64,000 nucleotides of DNA from a virus (IMGVR_UViG_3300025597_000009:36587-100586); one strand, 5' to 3'; shown: positions 1 through 9,254, counted from the stretch's first letter. Notes: generated from the letters alone by a model not told the origin. Made by a program: numbers and translations.

Positions 1-1385
1 AAAACAGGTTTGTGGGGATCTCTTAGTTCTCCATTTACTTCTTTGCTAACAATGAATGTAGGGTCACCTCTAATGATCCGGTGTGTGTCCTGAGCCAGGA
101 AAGAGTGTAAATCCATTCCTTTATTAAAGTTATCCAGTAGGGCTTGATCCTGGCTATAGGAAGCAGCTAACCTTAACTCTTGATTAGATAAATCCACATC
201 CACAAATACATAATCCTCAGAGTCAGGAACAAAGCATTGTCTGATCTCTTTAATAGCTGGAAGATTTTGCATATTAGGATTATTGCTGGATAACCGACCA
301 GTAGCAGTAAAGCATTGAGAAAAATCAGAATGAATCCTTTTTGTAACTGGATTGATATACTTTAAAAAGTTATCTCCATAAGTACTGATTAGCTTACTAT
401 ACTCCCTGTGTTTAAGCAGAGCTGTAATCAGTGGAGCTAGTTTTCCTTGTGGTTTGTCCCTAACATAAGCTTCCAGAAATTCTGCATTCGTGCTATCCAT
501 TGGTTCTCCACATTTGGCAAAGATGGCTTTCATCTGTGTGGAGGAACTCATGTTAAAATGGGCCATAATCAGCTCAATTCTCTCTTCTACTGTCTCACAG
601 CTGTCAAAGAGTTTTGCCAGTTTTTTGGTGATGTTTTTAGGTCTATGAATGAAATCCTGATTCAAAGCAGGTACATTCTCAACTAATTGGCGAACCTCTA
701 TGGTAATCTGCTGTTCATACTCAGTAAGTTTCCCTCTAAAGATGGATGTGTTTTTATTCCATTTTTCTACATCCAGAGAAATCCCATTCAGCTCCATCTG
801 GGCTAGTACTGGTAAGAATTTATTTTCCAGACTAGAACAAGCTTGCAACTTCCATTGTCTAAGCTTTTGCTGCTGTCGGACAAACAGAGGGTATAGATGA
901 ATCAAGTCATCATAGAGATAATCTAGTTGTTCATTGGTAATTACATCTCCTGGTTTCCAGTTGATAAAAGACAATCGAATATCCTTATTCATTTTGATAT
1001 TGAAATGCCTTTCCAGACAAGCATCCAAACTATGCTTCAAGTCAGAACCATTATATAAAATCTGAGAGTTAACCATGGTACAATACACATTAGGTAACTC
1101 TACTTGATAATGGTACTTTAGAATCTTCCAGTCAAACTTGGCATTATGAGCTATCCATAACTTGTCTACTAGCAGTGTAATAGCAGCTTCAATTTCTTTT
1201 AGTGTCCAATCATCTAGCTTGATGATAAAATACCCTGTAGAGCCTCCTAAACCCAATAGAATTGGATGTAAGGTAAACACATCCAATCCATTGGTTTCAA
1301 AGTCAAATTCAATGTAGGGAGAATCTCTAAGGGGCTGTAGCTGTGCTAAGTTGGTTACTAATGTATACTTGTCCAGTTTTGTCAT
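1..1385 (-). CDS. polA: Family A DNA polymerase, 5' part (3'-5' exonuclease + polymerase), truncated by window edge
   Basis: Not in ORF track; manual translation from ATG at 1385 gives ExoI DFETNGLD, ExoII AHNAKFD, TATGRLSSNNPNMQNLP and motif A DLSNQELR; start and window-edge codons are in the same frame. Confidence 0.93.
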   Translation of the reverse strand, partial: MTKLDKYTLVTNLAQLQPLRDSPYIEFDFETNGLDVFTLHPILLGLGGSTGYFIIKLDDWTLKEIEAAITLLVDKLWIAHNAKFDWKILKYHYQVELPNVYCTMVNSQILYNGSDLKHSLDACLERHFNIKMNKDIRLSFINWKPGDVITNEQLDYLYDDLIHLYPLFVRQQQKLRQWKLQACSSLENKFLPVLAQMELNGISLDVEKWNKNTSIFRGKLTEYEQQITIEVRQLVENVPALNQDFIHRPKNITKKLAKLFDSCETVEERIELIMAHFNMSSSTQMKAIFAKCGEPMDSTNAEFLEAYVRDKPQGKLAPLITALLKHREYSKLISTYGDNFLKYINPVTKRIHSDFSQCFTATGRLSSNNPNMQNLPAIKEIRQCFVPDSEDYVFVDVDLSNQELRLAASYSQDQALLDNFNKGMDLHSFLAQDTHRIIRGDPTFIVSKEVNGELRDPHKPV

Positions 1386-1722
1386 CTACTACCACATTTT
1401 CCAACTCCTCCAACAACACTCCCGGTTTTCCAAGATAACAATGGTCTTTATGCACGACAATGACTTCCAATGCCATTTCCAGTTCATCCAAGGCTTCCAT
1501 ATCTTCCTCATCTAATGCTTTATGCAATAAGGTTAGATTCTGGTCGACTTGTTCTAATTGGGAACGAGTGGCTACTACAATTACATAATCTTGGTATAAA
1601 TTGTGAAAAATCATTTGATCATACCCAGACATACCAATAATGTCCACATAATCCCCTCTTTTGACTGCTTCTTCAATGTTTGCAAAGCCAGTAAGGGGAA
1701 CTTCAATTGTATACGCTTTCAT
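1327..1722 (-). CDS. Hypothetical protein
   Basis: 131 aa ORF in minus-strand run, overlaps polA start. Confidence 0.6.
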   Translation of the reverse strand: MKAYTIEVPLTGFANIEEAVKRGDYVDIIGMSGYDQMIFHNLYQDYVIVVATRSQLEQVDQNLTLLHKALDEEDMEALDELEMALEVIVVHKDHCYLGKPGVLLEELENVVVDDKTGQVYISNQLSTATAP

Positions 1723-1918
1723 GTAAATATTCAGGGGTTAAGTCTTCTTCAAATACTTCCTTAGAAATGTACTCAACTACTTCTTCTTCAGGTATAAATG
1801 TTCGTTGACCCTTGACTCTGAAAGACTCTTTGTGGATGGTAAGTACCTGAAACAAATTACCATCCACTGTTTTAATAAAATCTCCAGGTCTAAGATCACC
1901 TTTAAACATCTGTAGCAA
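1703..1918 (-). CDS. Hypothetical protein
   Basis: 71 aa ORF overlapping neighbours. Confidence 0.55.
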   Translation of the reverse strand: MLQMFKGDLRPGDFIKTVDGNLFQVLTIHKESFRVKGQRTFIPEEEVVEYISKEVFEEDLTPEYLHESVYN

Positions 1919-2333
1919 ATTCAGTTTTTAGCTTATCGTACTTTTGAGCCATTTCACTCATAATCTGAGTATCCTCTCTATTCAGCATTCTCAGACTCAT
2001 GAAGATGGGATAGCCATTGATACTTCTTGGGCCAGCTTCACTGAGGTATTCATAAACCAAGCCTACAGTATTAATGTCTTTATCATTAAAGCACCCAAAC
2101 ATAACAGGCATAAAAATCGAGGCAAATAGCCTACTATCAGTCTGATCAATACTACGATCTGTAAAGATTTTGCCATCTACCAGATCCATAGCAATCTGCT
2201 TTAGTTCTTCATGTGTTTTAGAAGACACTGGTTTTTTTTCAACTGGTGTAGTATCTTCAGCTGAGTTTTGATTATTTTCTTCTTGATTGTCAATTAGTTG
2301 TTTATCCATGATACTATCTGTAGCCCTAGCCAA
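1902..2333 (-). CDS. Hypothetical phage protein
   Basis: 143 aa ORF; start may be a downstream Met. Confidence 0.65.
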   Translation of the reverse strand: MARATDSIMDKQLIDNQEENNQNSAEDTTPVEKKPVSSKTHEELKQIAMDLVDGKIFTDRSIDQTDSRLFASIFMPVMFGCFNDKDINTVGLVYEYLSEAGPRSINGYPIFMSLRMLNREDTQIMSEMAQKYDKLKTEFATDV

Positions 2334-2395
2334 AGGACAAGGGAGTAGCCTAATAGTGCTACCACTACTTTTAAAAAGTCAGGAATTTTCTTCAA

Positions 2396-2839
2396 TTAAA
2401 CTGTGATTTTAGAAAGCTTATGGGTGTAAGTTTCCTTCTGCTTGATTCGGGTATCTGGATACTTCTTGTCTAGTATAGTCAGGTAAACAGCTTCTGTAGT
2501 AATTCTATATTTAGTAATCCAGAAGGTTTGTAACCGGGAATAATCAGCTACTCCTGTCTTTATTGATTTGTATCCAGCATAACCTCTGTAAGGTTTTACA
2601 GTCACTTTATAGTCTGCCAGCCCATTAGGTGTGTACTTCATACCAAAGCAATTATTATGCTTTGTGCAAAGCTCTGATTTACCATTGGCCGATTCATCTA
2701 CAAATTGACGTTTAACCCATACTTTGTACTTTAATGTAGGATGAGTGTCAATAAGACTAAACACTTCCTGTCTCTTGGTAGGCTCTCTTGCTTCTACCCC
2801 AATAAAGTAGAGCAATAGAAATGCTGATAGCAATTTCAT
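2396..2839 (-). CDS. Glucosaminidase (GH73-like) peptidoglycan hydrolase with signal peptide
   Basis: Q..ESANGKS.L...HNNCFGMK resembles the GH73 catalytic region; GYAGY motif; hydrophobic N-terminus. Confidence 0.65.
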   Translation of the reverse strand: MKLLSAFLLLYFIGVEAREPTKRQEVFSLIDTHPTLKYKVWVKRQFVDESANGKSELCTKHNNCFGMKYTPNGLADYKVTVKPYRGYAGYKSIKTGVADYSRLQTFWITKYRITTEAVYLTILDKKYPDTRIKQKETYTHKLSKITV

Positions 2840-2920
2840 AGTACTAGAAGGATTGGTGAGGTATCAAAAGTAATAGAGGGACTAACAATTGTCGTTCAGA
2901 ATAACCTAGTTTGATTATTG

Positions 2921-3265
2921 CTACGTAACTGTTGCAGTTGGAGTACTCATCAGAAGCTCTCCACATACAATGTGATGATGGGTAAGGGCTTCATTGTAAG
3001 TGGTGTATCTCCATTGCTGATTAGTATACTCTTCTAACTCTGAGTTAAATACCATAGTCTCAAATACAATGGGATCACCTTCCCCATCAAAAGTAGAAAA
3101 TCGATGGTCTAATCCTAGGAATACAGTAGAGACTTCTCCTAATTTTCCTAGATCAGTTTTCTTTACTACTCTTTGATCAGGATTTTGCCACATCCATGTA
3201 GACCACTCTTCTAGTGTACAAGGCACTACCCTATTATCCTCATCCAATTTATAGTATAGACGCAT
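2921..3265 (-). CDS. Conserved hypothetical phage protein
   Basis: STVFLGLDH...FETMVF motif familiar from phage hypothetical proteins. Confidence 0.7.
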   Translation of the reverse strand: MRLYYKLDEDNRVVPCTLEEWSTWMWQNPDQRVVKKTDLGKLGEVSTVFLGLDHRFSTFDGEGDPIVFETMVFNSELEEYTNQQWRYTTYNEALTHHHIVCGELLMSTPTATVT

Positions 3266-3271
3266 ATTTCT

Positions 3272-3547
3272 TTAAGCAGGTAGTAACTTTCTACCAATAG
3301 TAAAGGCACAGATGGGAGTTTCAGGGTCTTTAGTATCTCCATCAAACTCCACTAAATATAAATCAGTACCTCTTTCAGGTTCTTGTATACTGCCAAGTAC
3401 TGTGCCTTTAGTACCATCTTTATGTCTATCTTCAGGTCCAGAATTTGCCTTTTCAACTCTATTTCCAACTTTGAAGAGGCATTTAGGATCACCTTTTAGT
3501 ATTTGCTGAAGTAGTGGATTATCCTCATTCATTTGTATTTTTTGCAT
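3272..3547 (-). CDS. Hypothetical protein (SH3-like beta-barrel?)
   Basis: FKVGNRV...GTV...YLVEFD pattern. Confidence 0.55.
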   Translation of the reverse strand: MQKIQMNEDNPLLQQILKGDPKCLFKVGNRVEKANSGPEDRHKDGTKGTVLGSIQEPERGTDLYLVEFDGDTKDPETPICAFTIGRKLLPA

Positions 3548-3842
3548 TGTAGTCGTTGTATTTTCTAAATGGAACTAATGGTTTATTATCAGGAAGGGGT
3601 ATAAACTGCACTGCTATCCCTAATTCCTTATACAATTGCAGCTTATCAACTTGATCCCCATACTTGTCATAATACCCTCTACACATTACTTCGAGAGCAG
3701 TATTTTGTATAGTAGCTTTATGACAAACAAAATATCCTTTTTTCTTTAAGCAGCCTTCAATAATATCTTGGGCTCGCTCAGGACTAACTATCCTATCCTC
3801 AGAAAACAGACAATTCTTACAACGTTTATTGTATACAAACAT
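3525..3842 (-). CDS. Cys/His-rich putative metal-binding protein
   Basis: CxxC...CH...CxG motifs. Confidence 0.65.
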   Translation of the reverse strand: MFVYNKRCKNCLFSEDRIVSPERAQDIIEGCLKKKGYFVCHKATIQNTALEVMCRGYYDKYGDQVDKLQLYKELGIAVQFIPLPDNKPLVPFRKYNDYNAKNTNE

Positions 3843-3843
3843 C

Positions 3844-4020
3844 TTACATCATGTGGCTACGTTCACGATACAAGATAGTCACAACATGGTTAGCATTATT
3901 ATAAGCTGTGTGTATTTGTTCAATCTGAATTTGAGGGTTTTTGTCTAACCACTCATTTATAGCTCGTTCTGAAGTATAAGCAGAGCTAAGAAATACCTTA
4001 ATTTTCTGAGGTTCATTCAT
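3844..4020 (-). CDS. Small hypothetical protein (58 aa)
   Basis: Manual translation MNEPQKIKVF...; fills gap with ATGA overlap. Confidence 0.5.
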   Translation of the reverse strand: MNEPQKIKVFLSSAYTSERAINEWLDKNPQIQIEQIHTAYNNANHVVTILYRERSHMM

Positions 4021-4733
4021 TTCTTCTTTTCCTTTCTAAATGAAGATTTAACATCAAATCCATGGCTAACAATCTTCTCCTTATCAGTCAATTGTCTTGG
4101 CTGAGGATCTTTGTCAGTGAGTTGCATACTGATAAACTGCTCCAATTCCTGGTAAGCAGTGAAGGGGTCTTTTACAGTAATGAAATCAACACTAGATTTA
4201 TCCAGTTGAGGATTTACTATTAGTAAAGGATCATTTGAAATAGTTGGCCAGCTTACTTTATTAGCTAAAGTTGGATAGGTATATCCCCTGGCAATAGCAA
4301 AAACTGGAACTTTGTACTGTAAGAACAGGTTAACTTGCTCTATTTTAGGTAGAAACTCCTTAAACAGATGGTCTGTTTTCCAACGGAAATACCCAATTTC
4401 ATCTTCATAAACCTTTTTGACTTCTTCCAGGTCATAGGTAGTTACTCTATGTATTTCTTTATCACAAACCAAAGTCCTAGTCCAGTCACATATGTCCAAT
4501 CCTACATGCAGTTGACCAGCAAAGCCAATAATGAAAGGAGCAATGTACATGTTCTCTGATCTACCTCTGAATTGTCTGTATCCAGATGCTCCATGTGTAA
4601 ACTTGTTTAGAAGTGGTAGTTGTTGTGCAGTAATGATGGATGTGTTTCTGTAATACTTTACTGTATCATCTGGTTTACCCAGTGTATACTGTATTGTATC
4701 ATAGTAGTCTCTGAAATCAGAATAAATTTTCAT
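4017..4733 (-). CDS. Conserved hypothetical phage protein
   Basis: 238 aa; DYYD N-terminus and HGFD.K.SFR C-terminus. Confidence 0.7.
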   Translation of the reverse strand: MKIYSDFRDYYDTIQYTLGKPDDTVKYYRNTSIITAQQLPLLNKFTHGASGYRQFRGRSENMYIAPFIIGFAGQLHVGLDICDWTRTLVCDKEIHRVTTYDLEEVKKVYEDEIGYFRWKTDHLFKEFLPKIEQVNLFLQYKVPVFAIARGYTYPTLANKVSWPTISNDPLLIVNPQLDKSSVDFITVKDPFTAYQELEQFISMQLTDKDPQPRQLTDKEKIVSHGFDVKSSFRKEKKK

Positions 4734-5199
4734 AATTATTAGTAGACAGAATTTTGATAATCCTATTACTATAAATATTCCAATCGAGATTGCTTAGCTT
4801 ACTCATCCTATTACCGGCAAAATTGACAATAGCTGGTTTATGCTCTTGGATATAAGCAATGGCTTCTTCTACTGAAGGATTCTCTAAACAAGGCTTTTGA
4901 CATTGCTTACACAACGTAATAGTTTGTTTACTGCCAGGAGAGTTTAAATTACCAAACACAATAGTTAGATCACTATGTTGGATATTTAGCTTAGTTCTAA
5001 TTGGATAAGATGAAGACTCACACTCTACTAAACCATATGTAGTTCTAAGTAGAAAGTTAGGCCCACGCTCTGTCTTAAAATCTTTAGGAGCATACCCACC
5101 TGTAGTATACCCAAGTTGATGAGCTATATTTAAAGCAGCTTCATCAATACCTGTCTGACCTCCAGAGATCACCTTCTGAACAATATCACTAACTTTCAT
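4717..5199 (-). CDS. SLOG-superfamily 'putative molybdenum carrier' protein
   Basis: KVISGGQTGID.AAL...TGG.AP...RT.LNI..SD.T...NFAGNR signature. Confidence 0.85.
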   Translation of the reverse strand: MKVSDIVQKVISGGQTGIDEAALNIAHQLGYTTGGYAPKDFKTERGPNFLLRTTYGLVECESSSYPIRTKLNIQHSDLTIVFGNLNSPGSKQTITLCKQCQKPCLENPSVEEAIAYIQEHKPAIVNFAGNRMSKLSNLDWNIYSNRIIKILSTNNYENLF

Positions 5200-5345
5200 T
5201 GCTTGTTAAGTTTAGAAATACAAAACAAAAAGCCAGCACCTCACTTGATGCTAGCAATAATCAAACTTGGTTATTATCTTTGTTGAGTTATTGGTGAGCG
5301 ACTTTAAGAACTCATATATAGGGCTATGATTGTCAGTGAGTTAGG

Positions 5346-5373
5346 CCGGGGGTTCGAATCCCTCTCTCTCTGC
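5346..5373 (+). other. attP core candidate: 3' fragment of a Bacteroidota tRNA-Ser-like gene
   Basis: CCGGGGGTTCGAATCCCTCTCTCTCTGC = T-arm + acceptor 3' strand with no 5' half upstream; ~160 bp before the integrase. Confidence 0.75.
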
Positions 5374-5385
5374 TGAAGTAACGAT

Positions 5386-5421
5386 AAAACCCTGTAAACT
5401 AACCACTTACAGGGTTTTTTG
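5386..5421 (+). terminator. Intrinsic terminator after the tRNA fragment
   Basis: AAAACCCTGTAA-loop-TTACAGGGTTTTTT. Confidence 0.8.
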
Positions 5422-5529
5422 TTTTTCAAGAGTGCCAAAAACTGAGAATGTTAGTGAACTATCTGTGAGTTAAAAATAAAATCTGTGAGTTACTCACCAG
5501 TGGCATAACTTTTTAACACTCAGTTTCCT

Positions 5530-6735
5530 ATGGTTCCTTTTTCTTACAGTTTCCTGGTGAGGAAATCTCCCAAAGCAGCAGCTGGATTTGCCACTCTGTA
5601 TTTACGCATCCAAGTACAGACACAAAAGATTGAAGTTTCCCTTAAGAGGGATGTGTTACAGCACAGATGGGATATTAAAACCCAACGGCTAAAAGGTAAT
5701 TCTCCAGATAATAAAGAAATTAATAGTTATCTGGACCAAGTAGGTACTACCCTTCATCAGCACTACAAAGAACTAGTGCTAAAAAACAAAGAAATTAGTG
5801 CAACTAGCCTTAAAAAAGCTTTTCTGGGTGAGACTGACAATGAAAAAATGCTGGTCAGTCTGTTCAAAGACCACAATGAGCAAATCCACAAACGGATTGG
5901 AGTAGATTACAAATGGGGTACTTATGAAAGGTATCGGTCTTGTCAGATTCATGTAGAACACTTTCTTAAACTAAAAAAGAAAGTCACAGATATAGCCCTC
6001 AAAGACCTGAATCTTCAATTTGTTACAGACTTTGAGTTATACCTGAAAATTGACAAGAAAAATCAGCACAATACTGCTCATAAGTACTTAATGGTGCTGA
6101 AAAAAGTAATTAGGCTTGCTCTTCTTAATGGTTGGACCAATGTTGATCCTTTTGCCCATTTTAAAATTACTACCAGAGAGGTTAACAGAGATTTCTTAAC
6201 CAAGACTGAACTAGCTACTTTAGAACAGAAAGAAATGCCTAATATCAGGCTAAATCAAGTGAAAGATTGCTTTATCTTCAGTTGTTACACTGGGTTAGCA
6301 TATGCTGATTTGAAGAAGCTCACCTTGAGTCATATTAAAACTGATGATGAGGGTAGGCAGTGGATCATTATTGCCAGAACCAAAACAGAAAGCCAATCAA
6401 AAATCCCCCTTTTGCCTAAAGTTAAAGAGCTGATTAACAAATATGTGCTGGGAAGTAGAAAGGGTTCTGAATATTTATTACCTGTATTGACCAACCAGAA
6501 AATGAACAGCTATTTAAAGGAAATAGCTGACATTTGCAACATCCATAAAAAACTAACTACACACGTAGCTAGGCATACTTTTGCTACTACTGTCACCTTA
6601 ACCAATAATGTTCCCTTGGAAACTGTGAGTAAACTGTTGGGCCACCGGAGTATTCTAATGACCCAACATTATGCTAAGGTGGTAGATGATAAGGTAGCAA
6701 AAGATATGGATGATTTACTAACTAAGCTACAGTAA
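5530..6735 (+). CDS. int: Tyrosine integrase, Bacteroidota type (arm-binding + SAM-like + catalytic domains)
   Basis: LYLRI...SLKR arm domain; CYTGLAYADL, RTKT, HVARHTFAT, LLGH, TQHYA. Confidence 0.95.
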   Translation: MVPFSYSFLVRKSPKAAAGFATLYLRIQVQTQKIEVSLKRDVLQHRWDIKTQRLKGNSPDNKEINSYLDQVGTTLHQHYKELVLKNKEISATSLKKAFLGETDNEKMLVSLFKDHNEQIHKRIGVDYKWGTYERYRSCQIHVEHFLKLKKKVTDIALKDLNLQFVTDFELYLKIDKKNQHNTAHKYLMVLKKVIRLALLNGWTNVDPFAHFKITTREVNRDFLTKTELATLEQKEMPNIRLNQVKDCFIFSCYTGLAYADLKKLTLSHIKTDDEGRQWIIIARTKTESQSKIPLLPKVKELINKYVLGSRKGSEYLLPVLTNQKMNSYLKEIADICNIHKKLTTHVARHTFATTVTLTNNVPLETVSKLLGHRSILMTQHYAKVVDDKVAKDMDDLLTKLQ

Positions 6736-7114
6736 CAGAATCAAAGACTGGAACCTCAAACTGAAATGTACCTGATTCAACTAAAGCCTGGGCTGTGTCT
6801 TTTGTAACATACATATAGACACCAGGAACAGAAACATGGTATACTGTAATTTTAGGTTCCAGCTTTTCTAATTGCTCTGTAACCATACTGGCAATAATCT
6901 TCAATGTTTTTGCCTTATTTTGGGTATTAAGAAGCAATTGCTCTGCATGTTTGACTTTCTCCTCCTGAGCCTCCTGAAAATCTACTACCTGATCTAATAT
7001 AGCATGAGCATTATTTGGCCCCTCCTCCCAAGTTAAAGCATCCATATCAATGGTTACTTCATTGATGATGTATACTCTTGGATTTACTGTCTCAATGTGA
7101 ATTGGTTTTGCCAT
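6722..7114 (-). CDS. Hypothetical protein (likely start MAKPIH)
   Basis: ORF convergent with integrase; upstream extension overlaps a terminator hairpin. Confidence 0.6.
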   Translation of the reverse strand: MAKPIHIETVNPRVYIINEVTIDMDALTWEEGPNNAHAILDQVVDFQEAQEEKVKHAEQLLLNTQNKAKTLKIIASMVTEQLEKLEPKITVYHVSVPGVYMYVTKDTAQALVESGTFQFEVPVFDSVTVA

Positions 7115-7131
7115 AATATATTGGTAGAAAT

Positions 7132-7168
7132 AAAAAGGGCTAGTCAAGTAATTAGCTCAACTAGCCCT
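7132..7168 (-). terminator. Intrinsic terminator
   Basis: AGGGCTAG...CTAGCCCT hairpin with T-run on minus strand. Confidence 0.65.
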
Positions 7169-7193
7169 AAGGTTAAACAATAGATTCTGATTA

Positions 7194-7880
7194 TTATACC
7201 CAAGCGTCTGCTACTGGAATTTCAGTAAGCACTTCTTTATTGTAGGTCCGGTACAATTCATTCAGGAAGGCTGTATAGTCAGCTGTTTTCCGGTTTTTGA
7301 AACCATCATGAATGGTCTTAGTTCCATCAAAACCTTCAACCCACTGGTCTTTAAGAGGAGTGGGTTTAGCTTGAGATTTTGGCAAATCAGCTACACTAGT
7401 AGCCTTTACTAAATCAACAAACCGAAATTTTAATTTTCGGCCAGTATACAACATAATTCTGTTGTTACTTGGACTACTAATAGGTTCAACAATTACATCA
7501 CCTGTCTGACTGTTAATACCTCTTCCTGGCCGCAATTGTTCTTCATATACTTCAATGAGGTCATAGATAAACTCTTCACCCGCATCATTGTAATGACCTA
7601 AGGTATTGATGTCCAGGCCAACTTCTAATTTAATTGCTTCTACAGATTGTTTGGTCATATTTAACCAAACCAATAAACTTTTTGACTCTCTAGTATTGAT
7701 TCTAGGATCACCCTGTCGAATAAAAGCCAAATTGTCAAAGTGCATGCCCTGAGGATTGGCTACTTCTTTTCTGAAACCTACACTGACTTCATTGGGATTG
7801 TTAGAATTTTCCCGAATGTCTGAAATAACTACTACTGGTTTTTTGGCTGTTGCTACTGGGGTTGTGTTTTGAGATTCCAT
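7194..7880 (-). CDS. Hypothetical protein
   Basis: 228 aa ORF. Confidence 0.75.
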   Translation of the reverse strand: MESQNTTPVATAKKPVVVISDIRENSNNPNEVSVGFRKEVANPQGMHFDNLAFIRQGDPRINTRESKSLLVWLNMTKQSVEAIKLEVGLDINTLGHYNDAGEEFIYDLIEVYEEQLRPGRGINSQTGDVIVEPISSPSNNRIMLYTGRKLKFRFVDLVKATSVADLPKSQAKPTPLKDQWVEGFDGTKTIHDGFKNRKTADYTAFLNELYRTYNKEVLTEIPVADAWV

Positions 7881-8016
7881 GATTTTTGGAAATGTTTTTG
7901 TGATTGTTTTTTAATTGTTTTCAAATGCTTAGTTGTCATATAGCTTTAATATATTATAGAAACACTATATGACAAGGAACCCATGCAGTATGGGACAGTA
8001 GAGCTATCGCTAGAAA

Positions 8017-8145
8017 TTATTTGTGTTTAGGACACTTGGTTTGACTGCCCTTAGGAGAATAAGCATCAGCATATCTGGCAGTAACACAGGTTGGTGTACA
8101 AGCAGTACTAAGTAGTAGCACTGACAGGAACAGGAGCATTTTCAT
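8017..8145 (-). CDS. Small putative lipoprotein
   Basis: MKMLLFLSVLLLSTAC lipobox-like N-terminus. Confidence 0.45.
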   Translation of the reverse strand: MKMLLFLSVLLLSTACTPTCVTARYADAYSPKGSQTKCPKHK

Positions 8146-8229
8146 AAAAAAAAATAACCCTGCCAGTAAGTACCAGCAGGGTTGATTGACTTTACTTATA
8201 ACTTTTAAACAGGCCAACTTCAGGCTTTG

Positions 8230-8337
8230 CCCAGGGAAAAGGAATCGAACCTCTATACAAACTGATTCAGTTAATGAAAGCCTATTATTGGCTTTTATAA
8301 AACCTCAGTTTTGCTCTACCAGTTGAGCTATCCCCGG
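8230..8337 (-). ncRNA. tRNA-like RNA with anticodon loop replaced by a ~35-nt structured insertion
   Basis: Acceptor CCGGGGA/TCCCTGG, D arm GCTCAACTGGTAGAGC, T arm AGAGG TTCGATT CCTTT; AAACTGA/TCAGTTT encloses an extra hairpin AAAGCC/GGCTTT. Confidence 0.75.
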
Positions 8338-8354
8338 AACTTATTCTATCTAAT

Positions 8355-8537
8355 TTAATCTACTACAACTTCTTTGTGCTTGGTCTTACGTGTGTACCTA
8401 GGCTTTTTACAAAGAAAACAGCTACAAGGTCTAGTCTGGTGTTTATAACAGTAATAATTACCATCTCTTAGGTTTAACCTCCTCAGTCTTTGGATGTGTT
8501 TTCTCTTGGTTATTTCTGTTCTTAAGCCTTTGTCCAT
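8355..8537 (-). CDS. Small basic protein with PCSCxxC motif
   Basis: 60 aa, K/R rich, PCSCFLC. Confidence 0.6.
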   Translation of the reverse strand: MDKGLRTEITKRKHIQRLRRLNLRDGNYYCYKHQTRPCSCFLCKKPRYTRKTKHKEVVVD

Positions 8538-8691
8538 ATTACTAATTTAGCTAAAAAGGAAAAGAAAACCCACCCTTAAAAAGAATGGGCTTATCTGATA
8601 TATCCACACCATTTAAATAGAGTAACAGCCATAACTATTACCTCTACAATTTTACTATTTAAGGTATAATATATCAAATAAAGATTAAGAT

Positions 8692-8970
8692 TCATTTTAC
8701 AAAAGCATGTTTTTTTACTAATTGAATCGCTTCTTCAAAAGAATAATGCCTACCTCCTAAGTTTAATTTCCTATTAATAGAAGTTTGATTAATAAAAAAC
8801 CACCAATAAACAGGTTTATCTGGATAGTTAAGCAACTCAACCCAATTGAGCCTAATGCAAGGAAGTTGAAGTTTAGTTTTTACCTGAGTTTGATTTAACT
8901 CCATTGTTACAGAGTTAAACCATGTAAATCCTAATGCATACAATTCATCAATAAATTCTTCTTTAGTCAT
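8692..8970 (-). CDS. Paralogous small protein (xLxxLGF family), copy 5
   Basis: MTKEEFIDELYALGF...PCIRL...VYWW. Confidence 0.7.
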   Translation of the reverse strand: MTKEEFIDELYALGFTWFNSVTMELNQTQVKTKLQLPCIRLNWVELLNYPDKPVYWWFFINQTSINRKLNLGGRHYSFEEAIQLVKKHAFVK

Positions 8971-9254
8971 AGCCGTCTTTTAATAAAAGCGTACTTTTTG
9001 ACTAGATTCAGTACCTCCTCATACTTAAGATAATCCCGAAAACTTATGCTATTACCAGCAAAAAAATCATTAGAATATCCCCACCAATATACATGACTAT
9101 CATATACATGAAGCCTAATACAGGGCTGTCTACAGGCACACTTCATATTATTTTCGAGTAATAGTAATGCTGAATTACCAGAGTTATCAGTAAGAAACCC
9201 CTCATTATTAAAACCTAACTCCTTTAATTGAGTTATCAATTCCTGTTTAGTCAT
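8967..9254 (-). CDS. Paralogous small protein, copy 4
   Basis: MTKQELITQLKELGF...PCIRL...VYWW. Confidence 0.7.
   Translation of the reverse strand: MTKQELITQLKELGFNNEGFLTDNSGNSALLLLENNMKCACRQPCIRLHVYDSHVYWWGYSNDFFAGNSISFRDYLKYEEVLNLVKKYAFIKRRL

Larger units (their letters stand above)
5281..5497. repeat. GTGAGTTA-type repeats flanking the att core (putative integrase arm sites)
   Basis: ATCTGTGAGTTA at 5461 and 5481; GTGAGTTA 5336; variants TTGAGTTA 5283, GTGAGCGA 5294, GTGAACTA 5454. Confidence 0.55.

Noticed and set aside
447-900. Plus-strand ORFs 447..686 and 700..900
   Set aside because: Antisense shadows of the DNA polymerase gene.
5346-5373. Intact tRNA-Ser gene
   Set aside because: Only the T arm and 3' acceptor strand are present; no D or anticodon arm upstream.
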